From an uncultured Poribacteria bacterium (GTDB lineage Bacteria > Poribacteria > WGA-4E > WGA-3G), in contig OX638351.1 of NCBI GenBank assembly GCA_951813565.1, positions 192,001-256,000 on the forward strand: DNA of 64,000 nucleotides, given 5' to 3'. This document shows positions 58,595 to 64,000 of this stretch, piece by piece (within the stretch, counting starts at the first letter, position 1; every line of letters starts with the position of its first letter). The notes under the pieces are model-generated. The model worked only from the letters and a program-made list of their open reading frames with translations, did no database searches and was not told where the DNA came from. The position numbers and the translations under genes are program-made.

Positions 58595-59500
58595 TTACTC
58601 CACTTTAGGAGCATCCATCGCACATCGAAATCCGATTATCTGTCCACTGGCGACAATATCGTCATATTCTCGAAAAGCGCACCGCATGTGATCTAAACCG
58701 GCAAACCAACTGGCGCCTCGCCAAGACTTTTTCCCCATTCCGCTTGTTTTTGGTCCTTTTGGGTTTTCCTTTGGACTCACCGAATAGTAATCCGTGTCAA
58801 ACCAGTCTGACACCCATTCTGCGACGTTTCCAACCATGTTGACAGCGCCGTAAGGGCTTGCACCTTGATGAAAACTATCCACAGGCGCGGCCATTGCAAA
58901 TCCATCCAGATGTCCATCAAACTTTCCTTCGTCATCAAAGTTGCATTTTGTTGGATCGAATTCATTACCCCAGGGCCAGATACGTCCGTCTGTGCCGCGT
59001 GCTGCCTTTTCCCATTCCGCTTCAGTCGGCAATCGTTTTCCAACCCATTCTGCATAGGCTGCAGCGTCGCCCCATGTTACACCGACAACCGGTTGATCTG
59101 GATGATTGAATTTTGGATTATCCCAAAATATAGAATTCCGATGACCTGTCGCTGCAACAAATTTGGAATAGTCAGCATTAGAGACTTCAAATTTATCAAT
59201 AAAAAAAGCATCTAAATATACCTTATGTTGCGGGAGTTCATCAAGCGGGTCTGCCATCGGGTCTTTATCTGGATCGCTTCCCATAAGAAAATCGCCAGCA
59301 GGGACAAACACCATTCCTTCGGGAATGTCTATTGTATTTTCCTCTTCTTTTGGAAGTTCCTCCAAAATTTCCATTTCATCGGTTGGTTCTAAAACTTCTT
59401 CTTCTACAGGGATTTTTTCGTCGCCGCCACAACCGGATAGCACAAACATCAATAGTATCAAGAGACATATCAATGATTTCAATTTATTTTGTATTTTCAT
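58595..59500 (-). CDS. FGE-sulfatase (SUMF1/EgtB/PvdO-like) domain lipoprotein
   Basis: Lipobox LSGC; RLPTEAEWEKAARG, NMVGNVAEW and GFRC motifs; ORF extension to 59599 lies within a MITE. Confidence 0.9.
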   Translation of the reverse strand: MKIQNKLKSLICLLILLMFVLSGCGGDEKIPVEEEVLEPTDEMEILEELPKEEENTIDIPEGMVFVPAGDFLMGSDPDKDPMADPLDELPQHKVYLDAFFIDKFEVSNADYSKFVAATGHRNSIFWDNPKFNHPDQPVVGVTWGDAAAYAEWVGKRLPTEAEWEKAARGTDGRIWPWGNEFDPTKCNFDDEGKFDGHLDGFAMAAPVDSFHQGASPYGAVNMVGNVAEWVSDWFDTDYYSVSPKENPKGPKTSGMGKKSWRGASWFAGLDHMRCAFREYDDIVASGQIIGFRCAMDAPKVE

Positions 59501-59515
59501 AGTTAGATGAGTTAA

Positions 59516-59708
59516 TTGAGAGGTGTGCATAAATAATTCCGATGTTAAATATGCGCTTAAAGGTAGTAGGCACGCTCCGCGTGCCGTAACCAAATTCAAA
59601 GAGGCGCAATGAATTGCGCGACTACAAACGCATTTCTATAAATCAAGCGGCACCTGGCGTTTGTCCCTGTCTGTGTTGATGCGCCAAATATTTATGCACA
59701 CCCCTCAG
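59516..59708. mobile_element. MITE-like element containing REPs
   Basis: TIR YTGAGRGGTGTGCATAAATA flanked by TTAA on both sides; left ~50 bp is repeated at ~9874-9921. Confidence 0.7.
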
Positions 59709-59756
59709 TTAATTAAGAGAAATTCTGAAAGAAACGCTTTTGTTGCTGAAGAAATA

Positions 59757-60608
59757 TTAAGGTGTTTTTGCACAACGAAATCCAACGGAACTACTGTGAT
59801 CGCTGCATTGGGCAGGATAGATATAAAAAACTGTAGCCCGTGTATCACCCGGACCATTTGTCCACGAACCACCGCGAATTGTGTAGACTTTTTCGTTAGT
59901 CAGATCGGATTTGCCGTTTACGAGGACCCCTTCTACTTGATTTTCAGCGAGCGTACTTGTTACCCATTCCCAAACATTACCTGACATGTCATGCAGCCCG
60001 TACGGGCTAATCCCTTTCCCGAAACTCCCTACCGGAGCAGTTTGCATTCCGTATCCATCCAAATTGCCGTTCATCTGTCCATTGTCATCAAAATTCCCCA
60101 GCGATGCTTCATAACCATTACCCCAAGGATAGAGGCGACCATCTATACTACGTGCTGCTTTTTCCCACTCAATATCAGTAGGTAATCTTTTTCCAGCCCA
60201 TTTGGCATAAATCTCTGCGTCTTCCCAATTAACACCAACAACGGGTTGGTCAGGTGCATTGAGCGATGGGTTACCCCAAAATTTCGGTTTCCGATGTCCT
60301 GTTTCCGACAAGAATTTTGCGTATTGTCCGTTTGTAACCTCATACTTATCAATGTAAAACGTTTCCACAAAAACAACATGCGAATCAACTTCATTACCAA
60401 AAGTTAGATCAGTTTTTTCATCTGTGCCGATGCTCACTTCGCCTGCAGGAATCAAAACCATCTCTTCAACATCAATAACCGCATGATTATCTTGTGCATC
60501 GGGTTGGATAAGATGCTCTGGTTTCTCTTCATTGCTGCAGGCTAATAAACCGATGTTCAATACGATAAAGAAAAATAAGAAGTGGTATAATTTCACATTA
60601 TTTTTCAT
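59757..60608 (-). CDS. FGE-sulfatase domain lipoprotein
   Basis: Lipobox LLAC; RLPTDIEWEKAAR, DMSGNVWEW, RGGSW and GFRC motifs. Confidence 0.9.
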   Translation of the reverse strand: MKNNVKLYHFLFFFIVLNIGLLACSNEEKPEHLIQPDAQDNHAVIDVEEMVLIPAGEVSIGTDEKTDLTFGNEVDSHVVFVETFYIDKYEVTNGQYAKFLSETGHRKPKFWGNPSLNAPDQPVVGVNWEDAEIYAKWAGKRLPTDIEWEKAARSIDGRLYPWGNGYEASLGNFDDNGQMNGNLDGYGMQTAPVGSFGKGISPYGLHDMSGNVWEWVTSTLAENQVEGVLVNGKSDLTNEKVYTIRGGSWTNGPGDTRATVFYIYPAQCSDHSSSVGFRCAKTP

Positions 60609-60648
60609 GTCAGGAACCAAAATAATGTTAGCGTCGTCTGGGGCTTTT

Positions 60649-61623
60649 CTATTCAGTAGTTTCGGAGGTTAAAGATAGGAACAATTCCTCTAAACTCATC
60701 TCATCGGTACGCATTTCAAGCAGATTCCATCCATTACTGACAATCGATTTTGATACCTCTGCACGGATATCGTCTGTGAAAGCATACTGAATGTGGAATG
60801 TTAACATATCATCCACCTCTATGTGAGACTGGTCCACAGAAATAACGTCAGTGATATTTTTGAGTGCTTCTATGATGTTATTCGGTTGTCCACCAGTCAC
60901 CGCAAGCGTGAGCGTCTTTGTAGCAGTTTCGTTTTCTGTTTTAATCGGGGTTTGGTTTGAAACAGCCCGACCGTTTGACAATTGAACATCACCTGTAATT
61001 TTGCCTTTACTGAGAATCAGCAGACGTTCACACGTTTGACTTGCTTCGGGGAGAATGTGGGTGCTAAAAAGAATAGTGCGTTCTTTGCCAAGTTTCTTGA
61101 TTAATTCTCGTATTTCAACGATTTGGCGAGGGTCTAAACCGGAGGTCGGTTCATCAAGAATTAGGACTTCGGGGTCATGAATCAAAGCTTGTGCTAAACC
61201 GACGCGTTGCCGAAAACCACGGGATAGTTGTCCAATAATTTGATTACGTCTTTCGGTTAATCCGCAAGATTCAATAGCAATATCTAACCGTTCTTTGATG
61301 TGTTTACGCGAAACACCTCGGATTTTTGCCATGTAGGAAAGATACTTTGTGACGGTCATTTCAGTATAAAGCGGTATGTTTTCGGGGAGATATCCGATTC
61401 GTTCGCGTACCTCACGCGATTCTTTGAACACATCGTATCCTGCAACAGTGACCTTTCCACTACTTGCAGGCATAAAGCAGGTCAGAATCCGCATCGTTGT
61501 TGTTTTACCGGCTCCGTTGGGTCCAAGAAAACCAACAATTTGCCCTTTGTCTACGCTAAAGGATATATCCTTGAGTGCCTGAAATGGACCGTAGTTTTTT
61601 GAAAGATTTTGAACTTCAATCAT
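60649..61623 (-). CDS. ABC-2 type transporter ATP-binding protein (GldA-like)
   Basis: GFLGPNGAGKTT, LSRGFRQRVGLAQAL and LDEPTSGLDP motifs. Confidence 0.9.
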   Translation of the reverse strand: MIEVQNLSKNYGPFQALKDISFSVDKGQIVGFLGPNGAGKTTTMRILTCFMPASSGKVTVAGYDVFKESREVRERIGYLPENIPLYTEMTVTKYLSYMAKIRGVSRKHIKERLDIAIESCGLTERRNQIIGQLSRGFRQRVGLAQALIHDPEVLILDEPTSGLDPRQIVEIRELIKKLGKERTILFSTHILPEASQTCERLLILSKGKITGDVQLSNGRAVSNQTPIKTENETATKTLTLAVTGGQPNNIIEALKNITDVISVDQSHIEVDDMLTFHIQYAFTDDIRAEVSKSIVSNGWNLLEMRTDEMSLEELFLSLTSETTE

Positions 61624-61916
61624 TTTTGGCTATTTCTTACTTTAATTTACCTGTTTGAGAGTTCTGCCAATATTCATCTTCTTACGGTAAGGTTGGCGGT
61701 TCAGGATTGTGAGTTTTTCTCCGTGTCGGACTTTTATTTTCTACGTTGTGTTTACATTTCATCAAAATTGTCGGAAAGTCAGTGCCTATTGGAATTTGCG
61801 TCTATAGATCGAATGAATCCTGCAGAACTATGAAAACCTTGCCAGGACTGGATCCGGAGCCAAAATGTAAACACTACCTACATATTTCTATAATTCACCA
61901 TAAATGTCAGTGTGTG

Positions 61917-62639
61917 TCAAAGTTCACCGATGCAGAACACGGTATTCTTTGCTTCTAAACTCCGAATTTCGGAATAGTGGTAAACTTGGGTAACTTCCAC
62001 CCCATTTTTAATGATGGCAGTGGGGCGTTCGATAACGAAGTCAGCGAAGTGCGATGCATTGAAAGCAACGTAGGCGAGGCTGAACGTCTCAATCTGCCGA
62101 TCATATCGCTTTGACAGATCTGGAAATAGAACAATTCCTGTATCAACTTGGTAGATGCCTACGTTTTCATCTATGTTCATCGTTTTAACCGGACACTCAA
62201 TAATTGCCCGCTGATGTGTATTGGTATCCCATATTTCTGTGTGCGTTACGATGGGTAGACATTTTTGTGTCGCCTCAAAAATAGCTGCGTTGCTATCAAG
62301 TACCCGGACCTGCGATGCCTCTTGAACATCAAACAGGGGACCACCCCAATAATCCTGCGCCGATCTATACTCAACGTAGTTATCGTTACAATAAGCATGC
62401 CTTCTGAATACCGCTATATGTTCTTCGCCAAAAACAGGGAGGAAGTCATAGTTTGGATTTGTGAAGAGATTTTTCTCCGCAAAGGTGTGTTCACTCTTAC
62501 ACGAACCACATTGGTAATAATCGCTGAAACTTCCATCTGTGTTATCTATGATGCGGCATCGAGATTCGACCCAAAAGCGAGGGGAATTTCCGTTGCCAAC
62601 AGAGTTGATAAAAGAAAGTCCGTAATCAAGGCAATTCAT
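61917..62639 (-). CDS. Hypothetical protein
   Basis: 240 aa ORF with an upstream RBS-like sequence; contains YYQCGSCKSEH. Confidence 0.7.
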   Translation of the reverse strand: MNCLDYGLSFINSVGNGNSPRFWVESRCRIIDNTDGSFSDYYQCGSCKSEHTFAEKNLFTNPNYDFLPVFGEEHIAVFRRHAYCNDNYVEYRSAQDYWGGPLFDVQEASQVRVLDSNAAIFEATQKCLPIVTHTEIWDTNTHQRAIIECPVKTMNIDENVGIYQVDTGIVLFPDLSKRYDRQIETFSLAYVAFNASHFADFVIERPTAIIKNGVEVTQVYHYSEIRSLEAKNTVFCIGEL

Positions 62640-63071
62640 TGATTTTCCCTTAGGTGTGGTATATGATTTATTAAACTCATTCTATCCCAACAGTGTTCAC
62701 CTGTCAATCGGCATCTCTTGTTTCATCTACCCCACTGTCCCTTTCTTTTTTATATCTTATACCATTTCTGAAAAATAACTTCTCATTAACAAAAACGTGT
62801 TCGTAGTCGCGCAATTCATTGCGCCTCTTACATATTTCTTTTCAAAAGAGAAAATAATTCATAGAATTGGTATTATACTAAATTAACGAGAATTGTATTG
62901 TTTTCACTGCCGATGGTAAGGGCGGGCACAGAGACCCGCCCCTACGATTTTGGGTAATTTGGTATTACACATTGCGGAAGCCTTATTGAATTGAAGCAAA
63001 TAGATTAATAAATTCCGATGCCTAAAACGAGCCAGATAGCACCTAACCTACATAAGATTCAGAAACAACTA

Positions 63072-63232
63072 GAGCGTATCTCATAAATCTTATGTAGGGC
63101 GAGGTCCCTGTGCCTCGCCATCTCTCAAAAGTGCAAACAACGGGCGGGCACAGGGACCCGCCCCTACAATAGAAGTGCGTGTTAGAAAAAACAGAGCGAA
63201 ATCTAACAAAATTATATTTATGAGATACGCTC
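63072..63232. mobile_element. MITE-like element enclosing a REP doublet
   Basis: Perfect 17 bp TIR GAGCGTATCTCATAAAT flanked by TA on both sides. Confidence 0.75.
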
Positions 63233-63261
63233 TACATAGATTTTCAATACATCAAAACATT

Positions 63262-64000
63262 TTAACCATTGACTCCATTACTTTTTCGATGGATAGTAAA
63301 TTCCTGATCTCTGGGTCGACCAGACAGATATAAATTGTTATCAGGATTGACTGCTTCGGATTCGGCAAGCACCTCTGGCAAGTCAACAGGCACAGAATTC
63401 ACTTCAACTCTATCTGGATAGACATGAACTTGTCGCCACATCATCGGATAGCATATAATACCGGATGTTACAATACATAATAAACCTTGTTCTCTAAAGA
63501 CACGGTTGAGGTGTTGGTGTCCACAAAAGAAACCTAAAATATGTTTTTCAAAAGGGGCGACGATTTCGAGTATTTCAGCCGAATTTGCAATTCTTGAACC
63601 AACTCCCTGAAATTCTACACTTGGAAAAGGTAGTTGGTGAGAAAAAATGAAGATTTCTTCACCGTAATCAACGGCTTTTTTCATTTCACGTTCAACCCAT
63701 GCGAGCTGATTTGTACTGACGTATCCGTGCGTTAGGTCTTCGGGAACTTCTTGTGCATCAAGCAGAATAAATCGGATGTTTTCTTTTACGAAACTGGTAG
63801 ACCCCATGCCGTTTATGCCGAACCGCTCTATATACGAGGTTTTAGAACCGGTCTCAGGGTCGAGATCGTGATTACCGGGGATATAGTAGCACGGTGCATT
63901 TAAAAGTTCCCCCAGCTGTTGAGCAGTATTTAAAGCAACAATATATTCCTCCGCGGACATATCAAAACTTTGTCCGCCGCAAACAATATCCCCGCCATGA
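63262..64000 (-). CDS. Metallophosphoesterase (calcineurin-like), 5' end outside the window
   Basis: HGGD, PGNHD, FSH and CGHQH motifs; frame is open to the window edge. Confidence 0.85.
   Translation of the reverse strand, partial: HGGDIVCGGQSFDMSAEEYIVALNTAQQLGELLNAPCYYIPGNHDLDPETGSKTSYIERFGINGMGSTSFVKENIRFILLDAQEVPEDLTHGYVSTNQLAWVEREMKKAVDYGEEIFIFSHQLPFPSVEFQGVGSRIANSAEILEIVAPFEKHILGFFCGHQHLNRVFREQGLLCIVTSGIICYPMMWRQVHVYPDRVEVNSVPVDLPEVLAESEAVNPDNNLYLSGRPRDQEFTIHRKSNGVNG

Noticed and set aside
1..64000. tRNA or rRNA genes
   Set aside because: No cloverleaf or rRNA-like conserved sequence was recognised by eye

Overview
A 64 kb bacterial chromosome window of roughly 40-45% GC. The host is probably Candidatus Poribacteria, inferred from the C-terminal 'P.GK.TTTW..IK' proteins, a secreted WD40 protein and a trypsin-TPR protein. 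Housekeeping and metabolic genes include pcrA/uvrD, gatC, gatA, an S41 protease, mmsA, recX, alaS, larB, iolG and ABC transporter genes. Mobile DNA includes an IS1634, an intact IS605-type tnpA/tnpB element, a RAYT with its REPs, and many REP/MITE-filled intergenic regions. The standout feature is a ~12.8 kb minus-strand tandem array (13.1-25.9 kb) of seven two-gene cassettes. Each cassette begins with a conserved ~0.5 kb block: the previous terminator, a sigma70 promoter, a structured 5' leader and the first ~50 codons of a membrane-anchored protein 'A'. This is followed by ~1.2 kb of variable DNA encoding the rest of A and a translationally coupled, hypervariable secreted protein 'B'. It looks like a recombination-diversified system of cognate anchored-partner/secreted-protein pairs that I do not recognise as a named system. 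Other notable items are a 409 bp non-autonomous IS605 derivative carrying the TnpB omega-RNA plus an unexplained structured cargo, a ~34 bp hairpin micro-element found repeatedly inside unrelated REP families, and a 14-repeat WD40 gene with position-specific hypervariability. All product calls come from motif recognition by eye; no database search was run.
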